Shown: positions 33,151 through 46,988, counted from the stretch's first letter. The stretch: DNA of 51,341 nucleotides from Octopus sinensis (GCF_006345805.1 NW_021834347.1:1-51341), one strand, 5' to 3'. Notes: generated by a model from the sequence alone, not told the origin. A program made the numbers and translations.

Positions 33151-33914
33151 TCTCCCTCTTTGTTTCTCTCTCCTTTCTCTCTCACTTTCCCCACTCTCTT
33201 ACTCTTCCTTTCTCTCGGACTCTCCCTCGCTTTCTCTTACTCTTTATCTTTATCTATCTCTCTCCCATTTATAAACAACAAAATATCTTGAGTAAGTTGA
33301 GAAATAAAATATTTAGAAAGATCAATCATAAATATCAGGCAGTAACAACGGAAAGGTCTGCTTCAAGGCAGACAGCAAAACACTAACATTTAAAAGGGAC
33401 AGACGAACTTGCGAGCTGAATAAAAATAATAAATTATTGGAAACCAAAGTTTGAAGAGATAGAATCTGAGGTTAGTAGAGTCAGCATGGCTGGCATTTCT
33501 TAACGACGGACAGCAACGTTTTGATAGTTTAACGGCTGGCGTAAAATTTTGAACTTGATGTAAAAGAAAATCCCTAAACACCAAGTTTTGAAGTGATTCT
33601 TTTTCACAACAGTAGACTCACCAAGGCAAGCATTGAAAACTTCTTCATCATGGACGGCAACACATTGACGATTAAAAGGCTGGCGCAAATTTTTTAGCTT
33701 GATGTAACAGAGAATTCCTAAACACCCGCTCCTTTAAATTTTAATCCCCTTCCAGCCCCATTTATACCCCTTTTCACATTTTGGTTAATATAACGTGATT
33801 TCATTCGGGTGTACTGGGACCACATTTTATAAGATGAGGAATTTTGTCCTAGAGGTCACGCCTTTCATTTGAGGAAAAAAAATAGTTGTCATGCAAACTT
33901 GCCAGCACTTTTAA

Positions 33915-34205
33915 CATAGATCTGCATCTATGTATGTGTGTGTGTGTATGTATGTGTATGTATGTGTGTATGTGTGTGTGTATGTATGTGTGTGTGTATG
34001 TATGCATTTCCATTGAGTCAACCTCATTTCTACATAGCAGACCGTTACATAAACAGACAAAGGTACATACATACATGCACACTCACACATACATACACAC
34101 ACATACACACATACACATACATACACACACACACACATACATAGATACATACACACACACACACATACATGCATACATACATATACACATACATGCATAC
34201 ACACG
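33915..34205. repeat. Compound (GT/AT)/(CA/TA) microsatellite
   Basis: Direct reading; source of spurious ORFs. Confidence 0.9.
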
Positions 34206-35988
34206 CACGCACTACAAAAACCGAGTAAAAAATTTCAGTTATCTCTCTCTTTCACACAGACAGATACATAAAAGAAGGCCGTTTGTATGAAATAGAGTGA
34301 GTATTGTGTGTTGGTGGTGGTTGCGATGATAATTATCATTAGGAAAAAGAGTGAGTGAGTGAGGAAGACATATACATAAATTGTGGCGATGATAATTCTC
34401 CCTATGAATGCAAACAGATACATCAAAGAAAGCCGCCTGACGACCTTATAAAGGCAAAGTGAAAGGGAGTTGAGGGGAATACATTAAATAACGGGAGTGG
34501 ACATTGTCAACGTTATAAATGAAGGGGAGTAAGAGAGGGAAAGAAGGAAATAGTGTGAGTGAAGAAGATGGCCCCTAGCAACCACACCTTTTAAGATAGG
34601 GATTTCTAACGTAGCCCACGCGCATCGTCACCTCATTCTACATGTCCCTGTAAATTTTGGAGCGAATCGGACGGGTCGTAGTGGCATTGAAAGCGATCCA
34701 AGCGGTAAAAACGCATTTCAGTTTTATATATAGAGATTTATATACATATACGAGGGCAAGAAATAGACTAGAAGTCAGTCAGGTTGTTGGCGGTTAGTAA
34801 GAAGTGGCGGCATGTGCAAGTATATAGTTCTATAAGTGGGTGTGTAGAAGCGTTCATATAGTTTTGTGTACATGTGTATATTGATGCGTGAGAGCACATT
34901 TGTACGTAGGCGCACATTTGCACACACACACACACATACACGCGCGTGCTTAAACGAACTCGTATGCACATACACACGCATACGTACACTCACATCTAAC
35001 CGCACGCATCATCAGACGTAAAAATGCACCATCACATCCCCCATCCCCAACCTGCTACTTCCGAAACCCTACCACGTGCCCTCCAGAAGGATCTTCTGTC
35101 TCAAGGGTCGTAGTATAGAGATCCACTCTTATTCCATCCGACGGCCTTACTAGTCACTATACGGGTATGACAGCTACTGACTCATGGGAACATACTCCCC
35201 GTATATGCACTCGTTCAGATCCAGGGACAGTGGGAACTCTAATTCTCTGTCTCTTTTTCTCTGGAGACTCTGTGATCTCCGAGATGAAATACCCAGCATT
35301 AATGCGACTAGCCCCACCATATTCACCTGGCGCCCCCATTAGCCAGCTCTGCCTCTGTAAAAACCTGCATATCCTCCAACAACCCTCAGTATCTATAAAG
35401 AAAGAAATACGATTCATCGTATTGTTGTCAGGAGAGATATTCATTTCTGGTAAATTTCAGCCCTCTGACAGCCGACAACCTGGATATACCACTTTACCAA
35501 CAACTGCTACCTTGTACCGCCTGTATCAAGGTCACCATTACCAATCAACCTTATGAGCAGGGCCGCCGTTTACAAATTCCCAACGTTTGCCAACTCTCAC
35601 ATCATATCAACCCCAATAATTACCAATTCTCAATGCTTTCCAATCTCCAACGCTTGTTTTACGCTTGTATATGAGTGCATCTACACACCCACATGGAGAA
35701 CTATAGACTTGCGCATGCCCCTGCTTCCTACTCCCGGTCAACAACGTGTCCGACTTCTAGTCTATTTCCTACCCTCCGCATGGTCAATTTCCTGTTTGCC
35801 AGGTGGTATTTTCCAGCTAACTGTTACACATTAACCAATATCAAATCACGACACCAATTGCAGCCCACCTCACGGTAATAACGATCGACTTGTCATTCAA
35901 ATTCAAAATGGCTGACTAGTAACCTGCTTAGAATTCAAGGGTACCAACGAATTTGAATCAAACTCTTTTGGTCCATATATATGTGTTT

Positions 35989-36033
<45 letters not shown>

Positions 36034-36085
36034 CTTGCAGAGGCACCCAGCGTTGCCTGGGAATAAAATTGTTCCTAATATATCG

Positions 36086-36125
<40 letters not shown>

Positions 36126-36975
36126 CGAAAGTACAAAATGTCCCCCTTTTATGCAAGGAGATAAATTCTACCACATTAGTCGAAGGAAATTATGTAAGAG
36201 CTTCTAGGTTAACAACATTCTTTGTTTTCTGTTTGGAGAATAGACAAATAGGTCTTGCAAACTAACCTTGAACTGTATTAACAGACATTGCAAAGGGAAG
36301 TCGCACTGGGAATTGTGTTCGTTTGAACTCAAAGGGCATATCTGTTGGTTTGATTGAAATTCTTGGAACGAAAACCTCTTCTTCAGAGGCACATCCTGTG
36401 ATGATGGTAGCTTCTGTCACATTAGGTGATAATGTCTTCACAATCAACGCTGTCCCATTGCATAATTTAGGAGGGTCTAAATTTCCTAGAAGCATTATTC
36501 CTCCAAATGTTTATGTGGAGGAATACCAGGTGGCTCAAGAGAATTAAGGAACCTTGTTGGGTAATGGAAAGCTTGATTTTTATCAAGGACTGAAGTAACT
36601 GATTTGTACTTCTCCGATAAATTTATTGTTGCCTCTGATGTCCTGTAAGGTGTTACCAAGGGCTTCCATTTCACCTCTATGTGACATGGTACGTTCACCC
36701 TAAATGATATGGTGGCATCGGCACAACACTTCTGAACCTGAATCTTTGCTTATGTTACAAATTAGACTGTCAGTTGTCACGAGGTTTAGTGGTAATTTAA
36801 AAGCCGAATGAGCTGTTCGTCCACCTGTGAGAATGGTGGCAGCCAAGCCAGACAATGGTACAGTAACTGCAAATTTTTTTGCCTTACTTTGGGGAGAAGT
36901 AATGTTTCAAAACTTTTTATGTGTGTCACCAGGAGCATCAAGAAAGAAAATTCCTCTGCTTTTTTTCTGACGGTT
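36034..36975 (-). mobile_element. Internally deleted Helitron helicase relic with 3' end
   Basis: FFLDAPG (Walker A relic), NLDPPKLCNGT, QFPVRLPFAMSVN; CCCAGGCAACGCTGGG hairpin then CAAG|T (degenerate CTAG). Confidence 0.8.
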
Positions 36976-37153
36976 GTAGAACCCTGCCCGCACACACAAA
37001 CACACACACACAAAGATACATATACATACAGTATCAAACCACAAAGAAAATAGATGTGTGTGTGTGAGAAAGAGAGAGAGTGAGGGATATATTGTCATAT
37101 ATACATACATACGTAAATAATAGGCGTACATCTTTCTTGTATCTATGTATGCA

Positions 37154-37185
<32 letters not shown>

Positions 37186-38216
37186 TGCCACTTAGATATC
37201 ACTCTTCCTCACACACCCATGCTCACACACGTACATACAGAAAGATGTGTCCGCTTGACGATTGTCCTGATGAAACAAAATAACTTTCCTCAGATTTCTT
37301 TAGCGCTTAGTCTTCATACATTTTCGTGACTGCCTCAGCAACTTGGCATAGTACCCGCCATTTATGTGTCAGCCCCTTCAAAAATAGTCAATAAATACAA
37401 TACCTTTGCATCCTGAAAACCTGAAACCATCACCTTGCTGCATGTGCAACGACCTAGGCCACCTTTGAAGCAGAGGAGGTGGGGTGTTTCTCCTCCATCT
37501 ATTGTCTTTTTGACTCTATCTCAAAGTGATAAACCCAAAACTCATCTCAGCTTAGGAAATATTTAAGGAAACTAGCTAAATCTGCCTCAAACAATGTCAG
37601 ATTTTCCCGTGATGTTATACGACTGGTGCACTTTTCCTCAGGTGTCAATAGAAGTGCCACCCACCGCGCAGAAACATTCGTCATGACAAGTTCATCATGT
37701 TTATTGTACAAAGTATTTTCCTTTCTCTCTCTCAAGGTATTTGATAACAGCACAGTGTCAAATATTGTCCATTTTCAAGATAAGTCGCTATTAGTAATAT
37801 TTGAAGTCGTCTTTGAACAGACAGATGTCAGTTTACCTGGAAGGAAACAATACAGATATTAAGAAGTAGAGTTGATATTTAATACATGCAAGATTACACA
37901 GCTCTAGCATCACTCCTTCATAGTCGTCCTATGAATCTTTCAGCCCACCCTCGTATATCTAGAATATCTCCACTGTAAAATTTTCATCTCAAAGCTAGTT
38001 GGAATTAAATTAAACAACATAAAACAGTCTGAAATTTTTATCAATGTCAGTTTGCTGTACCACGTAGAGAGGAGTGGATGTTCCTGAGTATTCATTCACG
38101 CACATTCATACGTTACTACACACATTTATGAAGCGCAAGGCAAACAACCACAGATACGGACAGAGAAATATACACCACCATGTTAAAGATAATTTCCTTG
38201 TTTTCAATTAAATTTA

Positions 38217-38254
<38 letters not shown>

Positions 38255-38317
38255 CTTATGTACATATACGTATATATATTTTTGATATTTTTCGACTCAT
38301 TGTGTTATCGATGTAAA

Positions 38318-38610
38318 GGCGTGTGGCTTAGTGGTTAGGGTAATCGGCTAACGATCGTAAAGTCGTGAGTTCAATTCCCGGCGACTTTATTTCACATTGC
38401 CCAAGTCCTCTCAGCTGAAAGAATGAGTTGTATCTGTATTTCAATGGGCCAGCCTCCTTATGCCCTGCATCACGCTGAATCTCCCTAATAACTACGTTAA
38501 GCGTACAGATGTTTGTGGAGTACTCAGCCACTTGAACGGTAAATTCACGAGCAGGCTCTTCCGTTGATCAAATCAACTGGAACCCTCGTAGCCGTAACCG
38601 GCGGAGTGCC
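38318..38610 (+). mobile_element. tRNA-derived SINE
   Basis: TGGCTTAGTGG A box and GAGTTCAATTCC B box. Confidence 0.75.
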
Positions 38611-38749
38611 AGTACATATTGTGTTGCCTATTATTTAATTAGACAAATTATTAAAATGGTAAATTCCTCGCTTGATGATCTTTCTTTTCAAATTATTCTC
38701 AATATAAATAATATCTGATTCCAATTTTACTCTTATATTTTGGTTCTAG

Positions 38750-38932
38750 GTGAGAGGCTGAGAGGATTTAAAGTTTCTGTTGGATCATCACTTTGTTTTC
38801 AAAGTCAAAGTTATGAATACAATGAAGATGTAATTTATATTAAATGTGGAAAACCACTCAATTCAAGTTATGTCAGGATATCGTTAAATGGAGATTGGAG
38901 AATGCTTGCTCTTTGTGAAGTGGAAGTATTAC
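38750..38932 (+). CDS. Host exon: C-terminal half of an F-type lectin/discoidin-like domain
   Basis: AG/GT bounded, 183 nt, phase 1-1; RLRGFKVSVG..C..IKC..YVRISL..LALCEVEVL. Confidence 0.75.
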
Positions 38933-39870
38933 GTAAGTTATGTTTATTCGTTATTTCACTTGGTAAATATTGATTTATGAAAATGTTACAGAGCTATCGA
39001 TTTTGAGATAAAGTACAACCGTTTATCTTGACTTTCATACTGAACTGATAACTATGTTATCGATCCTGAATGTTTAAAAAGGTAAAATGTATTGAGCGGG
39101 GTTTGAACTCCGAACATAAATGAACATACTAATTACCATTAGACGGTTGGTTCGGTTTTGAAATCTTTCTGCTTCCCCACCTCTTTGTCCCTCCCCCGCC
39201 ACAGTTTTCCTAAATAGTAACACTTTAGTGATACAATTTCAATTCACTATTACAGGCTGAGCAAACACTTGTCAAATATACTGGCATACTGCTTACCTAC
39301 AGTCAAGAACTCTATATCCAATGAACAAAGTCATTCTTTTGACCATAAAACTTTCCACTGGTGTTGACTGGAGTGTTGATAAAGCTAATTAAGATTGATA
39401 TAACAAATATTTCAATGGTGTACTTTATAAACTAAAGATATATATATAAGTTTATATACCATTACACTCTCGCCAACTTCCATTCTCTCATCTTATTTCC
39501 TTTTACACGATTCGATAAGATTATTTTCAAACATTCGACTTGTGCACGGTTATGTCCATTTTTGAGGTCACTAAAATATTACTCCTTATTTCTTCTTCTA
39601 AGGCCTAAAAATTTTCTGGGAGGAGTCAAGTCGATTACATCGACCCAAGTGCTTGACTGGTACTTATCTTATCAACCCTGAAATGTAAAAATCGACTCCA
39701 CCGGAAATTGAACCCAGAGCGTAAAGACGGATGATATGCCACTAATAATAAAATTTAAACCATATTCATTCTATAAAATATCATTACAACTGAATATTTA
39801 TGTGCTAACGCTCGTGAAATACATACAGCAACCGTGATATTTTCTTTTTCAATCATTTTTGTTATTGCAG

Positions 39871-40014
39871 AATGTGTTCCTGGATTCTATGGAGATATGT
39901 GTATGGAACGTTGCGAACACTGTGAAGGCGCTAAATGTGACCAAGTCACGGGACGCTGCGAGGAAGGTTGCATCATAGGATATTACGTGCCCTATGGTTC
40001 CCAGAATTGCACAG
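39871..40014 (+). CDS. Host exon: EGF-like repeat
   Basis: AG/GT bounded, 144 nt, phase 1-1; CVPGFYGDMCMERCEHCEGAKCDQVTGRCEEGC. Confidence 0.88.
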
Positions 40015-43000
40015 GTTAGATAAACTTTTAATCTCCTGCTCAATAATATTACTGAGGTATTATTAGATTTCATTGCAAATCTTTCTTATATCAGTTTCTA
40101 GAAATATCCATATCCGCAATAACCTTTGAATCTTAACATTATCAACCTTATATGATCTGGTATGATCATTATTTAATATTCTGTTTGGAAAATCTATGGG
40201 ACTTACTCTGTCTCATTAACTCGATTACTTTCTACTATTACCGCCGAGATATTAATTTTTATGCGGAAATATATTAGAAATCTTACAACTGTTTATGGCA
40301 CAGATTGCTTTCCCTGTAATGTCTTTCTTCTCTTCTTCTGTGTCTTTCCCTATTTTAAGATTTCGGTCTCAATTGGTGTTTTTCAGTTTTTCTGTTCAGT
40401 TTACAGATATACAATTTACTCTTAGTTTCAAATATATATTGTTCTTAACATTCCCAGCAAAGGCAGACTCTCTAGAATCTTTGTTATGCCGAAATTAAAG
40501 ATGACCAAAGTAAATCAGAACTCTGCACTATGTAAAACAGCCATTTTCTACTTGCATTGTCGCAATAAACACGCTATAGGCTCTACTTTTAATGAATGTT
40601 TACCGCTGGAATATATTGACCAATGTCTTGTTTCCTCTAATCATCATCACATCTGTGCTCCAAGCACCAAACTGAACGTGAGCCAAAATGGGTGGTGTCC
40701 CTACGTGGTCCCTCGACATGATGGAAATACCAGCAAAATATTCAGAGAAGTATACCGCACCTCCTTAAAAGGAGACTGGAATAATGCGTGTTGTACATAG
40801 ACTACAACAGTACATAGAGTATTTCTGGAAAACAAAAAACCGGGATGTTCATCTTACGATCAACTTTAATTATCTGGATACATACATATTTCTAATTAAT
40901 AAAATGGGAGCAGAAGCCGTCTTTTCACCAAGAAACCCAAAACTTAGTCGTCACCGATCAAACCAAATGATCACTACCTAATCATAGCAATTCAGGATGC
41001 GAGATAGCTGAACAAATGCTAGTGTACTTGGTGCAGTTCCGAAAGCAGTGGCGCCACAGGTACAGAAAAATTAACTTCGAGGAAGGAATAAGTGCCAGCT
41101 CTGGCTGAAAAATAAACAGTTCCAGCGGAAAACATTTAAATGTTTGTATAATCCGCTAGAAATAGCAGTGAATCATCCCTTACACTCCACACTATTGTCT
41201 GAAATAACAAATGGATAGATTAGATAATATAAAACTAGGTACACAATATATAAAGACAAACTGGATGGCCACATGAGTAATACCTCTGATGATATATCCG
41301 TTCCAACAGGGCCACTCTGAGAGATAAACTACAACTGGGATGAACATTTTGTTTTGTTTTTCTTACTCAAACCTGCTGATTACTGAATATCATTATCTGC
41401 CTATTTTCTAGTTGTTCTAGAGCAGGTCACTCACCACAACTACTCTTTTCAAAGAAAATCTCCAGGCTTTAAGAGACCGCTACTCACCCATTCATAATCA
41501 AGGCAGCCTAGTTATAAGCACTGTTACACAGAGGCTCAACATACTTTATTCATTCAATTTTAATTTCTGCTCTCCACCCACTCAACAAAACTCCACCAAA
41601 GTCTCATTACCTATGTCATCAGTTTTACCATCTCAGTGCGCAATTGTCAAATATGAAAACTTTCTGACACTCAACCCCAACAAAATCTATCTATTCCGAC
41701 GACAATGTTTTCCCATTACCCTGAAACAGAGCGCCGCATAGTTACATATTTCCCAATCAAACTTTTTTCCCCCTGATTTTATTCCAGTTTTTTATAAATG
41801 TGTAACAGAGTCCCATCCACATAAATCAACTTATCATTTTCGGCATCTCAACTGTATTCGAGTAACAATCATATTTTCCTCACTTTACTCACAAACACTC
41901 ACAAACATTTTCTCACTTTACTCACAAACACACAAACACATACCAATCAATATCTTACAGACACGTTGTTTCTTCTACAATTTTTTTTTATTATTGCTTA
42001 ATATGTCTCCTACTGTTCCTCTGTAGTTTTCTGAATAATACTTCTATAACTACATCCATTCACCATATCCTAACCATCTCTCAACCCCCTTAAACATTCA
42101 CTAAATTCTCTTCCTCCCGTTCTTCCCTCTCAGAACTATAACTATCCGGTGACTATGAGGATCACGATTCTATAAATTTTCAAACTATCAATCATCTCAA
42201 CTAATTTCACCTGTATGGGGAGGCTTGAAGATTCATGGATGCCGTCCCACTTATTTATGTAAATCCTAAAGTAAAATTAAGATATTCTCTCATACAGTAC
42301 ATTTTCTATCTGTAACCGCTGGATAGCAGTGGCATTAAGCAAAGGAAGTTATAATCGAAGCAGCACTAAAGATTTTCTGTTAACTTTAGAATAGGAATCT
42401 GATCCTAAACCTTGCACACAGGTAAACTTACTCAATAATAACTTGCTAAATAGGGGATCCGATTATTGCAGATCCGAAAATATATAAAATATATAAAGGG
42501 CTATATAGTATTGTCAATGGAACTGGTGTTATGGTATTCGCTAGTTATAGACATATTTCACTGCAGATTTCTCTTGGGCCCTAAGAATCTCTGATACCTT
42601 AAAAAAAAGAAAAGATATATCTAGCCGTGCAAGAGAAAGGAAGGGAGAAATAAATAAGGAAAGAAGAAAGAAAGAAATGAAGGAGGAAAGAAAGAAAAAC
42701 AGACAGACAGAAAGAAAGAGAGCGAGACAGGCAGAATGAAGAGAAAGTGAAGGAGAGTGGCTGAAACAAATTCGAAGTAAGGAAAATACGAAAACAGCTA
42801 GTCTCTCTTAATAACATGTCCTAAGCTAGACATTAAACTGTATCTCATGATGAGGTTCCAACTTTAGGGAGTATAAAGTTACTTTTTATTCACCACAAAT
42901 AGTATCTCTGGCCTAAAGATGGTAATACCAGTGAGGGATGAAATTAGCAGAAGCGATTATTGAGGCTAAGACACCCAGGATTCGGAGTAGAGTCTGCTCT

Positions 43001-43516
43001 ATGACATGGGCCAAGAATGCCTACCGCAGTGTGGACATGTCCTTATATCACGTGAACTTCTTCCACTGTTTAGAGATTAAATAAGCCTTCTGGCTCAAGG
43101 ATAAAATTAGGAGAGTAGGAGACCAAAAGATTAAACTGTAAATAAATCGCAGTCGGTAACGAGAATCTAATGCTGTATCTTGCACAAGGAAAATCAAGAA
43201 TCTTCAGACTATGGTAGAGAAGTCCAAGTCTGCCGACGATTGTAGGCATGAGAAGGAGAAGGAGTGAGAGAGAGAGAGAGTGAGAGAGAGTGTGTGTAAG
43301 ACAAACAGAGTGAGCGTTTAGCCCCGAAACATGAAATACTATATATTTTGCAATGTTTTCTCCCTTTCTTAAAATAGTAAACTCAAACATGAAAGGGACA
43401 CTAATTTTCAGAGGGTGAAAAGACTATATGTAGTCTTACACTTTTTCGAAATCAGTGATCGTCACTGAAAGAAGGATATATGTATTTGCATTGGGACCCC
43501 TCTACATCGAAGACCG

Positions 43517-43575
43517 GTGATTGTCGCGCGCTGACGACGGGTAAATAACCAGAAACCCGGGCCCGTGCGTGTCAC
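43517..43575 (+). ncRNA. Intronic type I hammerhead with GCC in place of the GUC triplet
   Basis: GTGA-TTGT-CGCGCG-CTGACGA-CGGGTAAATAACCA-GAAAC-CCGG-GCC-CGTGCG-TG-TCAC. Confidence 0.65.
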
Positions 43576-43779
43576 GTCAGGTCGACGATTGGAAGGATGG
43601 CTTTCCTTTTCAAATACTGATAGGGCACAGAATAGTCAGCTGGAGAAGATGTTCTCCTGGGGCTACAAGCTACAGTAACATTCACACTTAGTGGTTAGCC
43701 ACATTTAAGTGGCAAATATTCTTAACATTGTCGTGTAGCTACTGTTTATACCTCGTTTAGATATTTATTATATATACAC

Positions 43780-43815
<36 letters not shown>

Positions 43816-43854
43816 AGATCTGTACATAAATATATACATAGTTAATTATTCTTG

Positions 43855-44097
43855 TTCTTTGTCCATTCTCGAGCCGCGCCTGTGTCATAGGGCCAGATTC
43901 TCGGTTTTCTTCACGTATAGGTTCCCCACCTGGACGAGACGCCGGTCCGTCGCAGGATTACTCACTTTTACTAGCTGGATCAACGTGAAATGAAGTGTTT
44001 TGCTCAAGAACACAACGCAACGCCCGGTCCAGGAATGGAAACCACAGAAATACGATCATGAGTTCAACACCCTAACCACTAAGTCACGCGCCTCCAC
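43855..44097 (-). mobile_element. tRNA-derived SINE
   Basis: GCGCGTGACTTAGTGGTTAGGGTG head and TGTGTTCTTGAGCAAAACAC core on minus. Confidence 0.75.
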
Positions 44098-44140
44098 ATA
44101 GTTATATATAAATATGTGTACATATATATATATATATAAA

Positions 44141-44190
<50 letters not shown>

Positions 44191-44254
44191 CATTTTTTTC
44201 TGTAGTTTCAACTCAGAGCTGCGTCCATGCTGATGCACCGCTGTTTTGCTACAC

Positions 44255-45445
44255 TGTTATTACTGAGAGTCTCCTCCAAAATGTGACACTTGGGGAAGAA
44301 TGGTGGTTGATGTAGCTACCTTCATTTGCCTCTTTTGCTGTGAGGTAGGTTCATCTAGGAATCTCGACTGGAAGAAGACCAGCTTTGAATTAAAAACGCC
44401 TACATCTACTTTGTGCATGTTCCTCAGGCTCTTTGGGAGAATATTAAAATGCTGTGGGCCCCTGAACCCCAGGCTGTTGCAGTAACTCGTTCTGAAGCTC
44501 GATGGCGTTGCTGGGATCTTTGGCACTATGCAGTGTCGTTGGCATTGGTGTAGCTTTCAATGCCAAAATTTGGCCAATTATTTCCAAGATCTTCCAGATG
44601 TATATTGCAGCATTATTCTCCCGCCTTCTCTCCGAGGAGTAGAATCTTAGCTGTTTCAGCCTTTCCCAGTAGCTGAGCAGTTGCAAAAAGACGATCTTCT
44701 TTGTGAATCTTCTCTGGATTGCTTCAAGGTCCGATGATAATTTCATACTGGTAATTTCATACTGCTGGGAGCAGTAATCCACGTGGCTGAGGACAAATGT
44801 CCTCCAGAGAACCAACATCATCACTCATGTCGATACCCAGGTCCCTAACTGATTTAGGCTCTAGGACTGAAATTTCTTGTGGACCAGTGTAACCTATAAG
44901 TTTTATATTCTGTTTTGGACGCGGGTAGCGCAGGGTTTGGAATTTTTCAACATTAAACTGCATATTATTATCGTCAGTCCATCTGTATATTGAGTCCAAC
45001 ATCTGCTGCAGATGTGCAACATTGCTGTGGTTCTGTATTTTCTGCGAGACTTGTGTATCGTCTGCGTATCTTGCAAGGGTGACTATCCGGACACATGAGG
45101 GCATATCTGAGAAGGCCACTATAGAAAGCAGTGGTCCCAAGACAGTGCCCTTTGGAACACCACTCAGTGTTTGTGTTTTCATAGAGGTGGCTCCATGAGC
45201 CACAACGTTCTGACTTCTATATTTCAGAAAGTCATGTAACTATTCTCCAAGTTTTGCAGCTATGCCGAGATCACGCAGTCTGTTGCATATCATACCATGA
45301 TCCACTTTGTCAAAAGCTTTTGCAAAATCAGGGTATATTACATCCACATTTGATTTGTTGAGTAAATGCTTCAACACCCAGTCATAAGGATGTAAGAGCT
45401 GGGTCAGGCAGCTCCTACCTGGTCGAAAGCTAGGACAGAGTGAAG
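44255..45445 (-). mobile_element. Decayed CR1-type LINE RT fragment
   Basis: GRSCLTQLL, DFAKAFDKVDH, SGVPKGTVLGPLL, YADDT; stops and frameshifts. Confidence 0.88.
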
Positions 45446-45603
45446 CGAAAAGTGGAGGGAACTGAGCAACGAGAGAAGGCAAAGAAATGTGAGAGAGGGG
45501 GAACGTCCGAACGAAGAGTGGAATGAACAAATAAGCGTGAAAGGGCTGAAAGACAGAAATAGAGTCGTGCAACATTTAGAAAACTGTATACTTACGTACG
45601 GCG

Positions 45604-45637
<34 letters not shown>

Positions 45638-46016
45638 CAAAATGGGACAAGAACGCAAAACATCCAGACAGTCAGGTGATACAAAAAAGGGAGAACAAAA
45701 AATTCATATAGACGATACAAAGAAAACAAGGATGGGTCATTCGGAGTTTTCTTTCGTCAGTCGAGTTCCAGATGCTTCAACACCCAGTCATAAGGATGTA
45801 AGAGCTGGGTCAGGCAGCTCCTACCTGGTCGAAAGCTAGGACAAAGTGAAGCGAAAAGTGGAGGGAACTGAGCAACGAGAGAAGGCAAAGAAATGTGAGA
45901 GAGGGGGAACGAACGAACGAAGAGTGGAATGAACAAATAAGCGTGAAAGGGCTGAAAGACAGAAATAGAGTCGTGCAACATTTAGAAAACTGTATACTTA
46001 CATATAGCGTACGGCG

Positions 46017-46074
<58 letters not shown>

Positions 46075-46210
46075 CAAAATGGGACAAGAACGCAAAACAT
46101 CCAGACAGTCAGGTGATACAAAAAAGGGAGAACAAAAAATTCATATAGACGATACAAAGAAAACAAGGATGGGTCATTCGGAGTTTTCTTTCGTCAGTCG
46201 AGTTCCAGAT
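45366..46210. repeat. Tandem duplication (406 bp plus ~439 bp)
   Basis: ATGCTTCAACACCCAG at 45366 and 45772; copies differ mainly in (TA)n length. Confidence 0.92.
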
Positions 46211-46339
46211 AATCTTTGCAATTTCGGCTGGTTATACTCGATATTGCTCCAATCTGGCGAGCCCCAAGGAAAAATACTTATTTTCATATATCTATATGTA
46301 TAAATAAATATATATATGTATAAATATATATATATATGA

Positions 46340-46372
<33 letters not shown>

Positions 46373-46859
46373 TGTTTGTGTGTATGTACCAAATCCACTA
46401 ACAAGGCTTTGGTCAGCCCGACGCTATAATAGAAGACATATGCACAACGTGACATGCAGTGGGATTGAAACCGGATCCATATAGTTGGAAAGCAAGCTTC
46501 TTACCAAACTTTCATTCATTAATATCTCTATCACCACTGTACGCCATTTGTGATATAGGGACGCGACGTATGCAAAAGATGTTGAAGGAAGTCCTTTGTC
46601 TGCTCGTGATTCTCTATAATTATCTATATTTGATATTTCATCGAATTTTATTTTACGCGAATACTTTCATCTTATTATCTGTAGTGACATTTCATTGATC
46701 CACGTTGAAATACAATGAGGAATCAAGTATATACTCATCTCTATCTAGTGTCTGTAATGCTAAGAAATAACAATATCTGGAATACTGAGTCATCTGTAAG
46801 ATACCATAAAACTCTTATAATAGCAATTCATATCCAACGTTTTTATTTTATTATTTCAG

Positions 46860-46988
46860 AATGTCTCAGCGGTAAATTTGGTTACAATTGCACAAAGTCC
46901 TGTCATTGTTCCAAAACATGTAACCACACCAATGGATTATGTCCAGGAGAGTGTGAAGCAGGATACACCGGGTACAACTGCCAAGAAG
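46860..46988 (+). CDS. Host exon: EGF-like repeat
   Basis: AG/GT bounded, 129 nt, phase 1-1; CLSGKFGYNCTKSCHCSKTCNHTNGLCPGECEAGYTGYNC. Confidence 0.88.

Larger units (their letters stand above)
32772..34736 (-). mobile_element. Non-autonomous Helitron with nested SINE and microsatellites
   Basis: On minus, starts A|TCTCTATATATAAAACTG at 34736 and ends ACCCGC(GCGTAGA)GCGGGT hairpin then CTAG|T at 32772; that both ends belong to one element is inferred. Confidence 0.55.

Noticed and set aside
34430-34465. CTGACGA-CCTT(ATA)AAGG-CAAA
   Set aside because: CAAA in place of GAAA and no stem I partner
35157-35556. Overlapping 95-aa and 129-aa ORFs
   Set aside because: No recognisable motif or splice context
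37340-37900. Coding-like sequence upstream of the first exon, checked as the missing N-terminal lectin exon
   Set aside because: No lectin motif or convincing splice pair on +; origin unresolved
38318-38390. tRNA-like sequences at SINE heads (also 5243, 17504, 44097)
   Set aside because: A and B boxes are present but no complete cloverleaf, and they continue into SINE bodies; not tRNA genes
41400-42200. Possible very old LINE remnant on minus
   Set aside because: No RT motif could be read with confidence
45740-45770. Minus-strand CTGACGA-AAGAAAACTCC-GAATG (also about 46180-46200)
   Set aside because: Stem II does not pair and GAAA is broken
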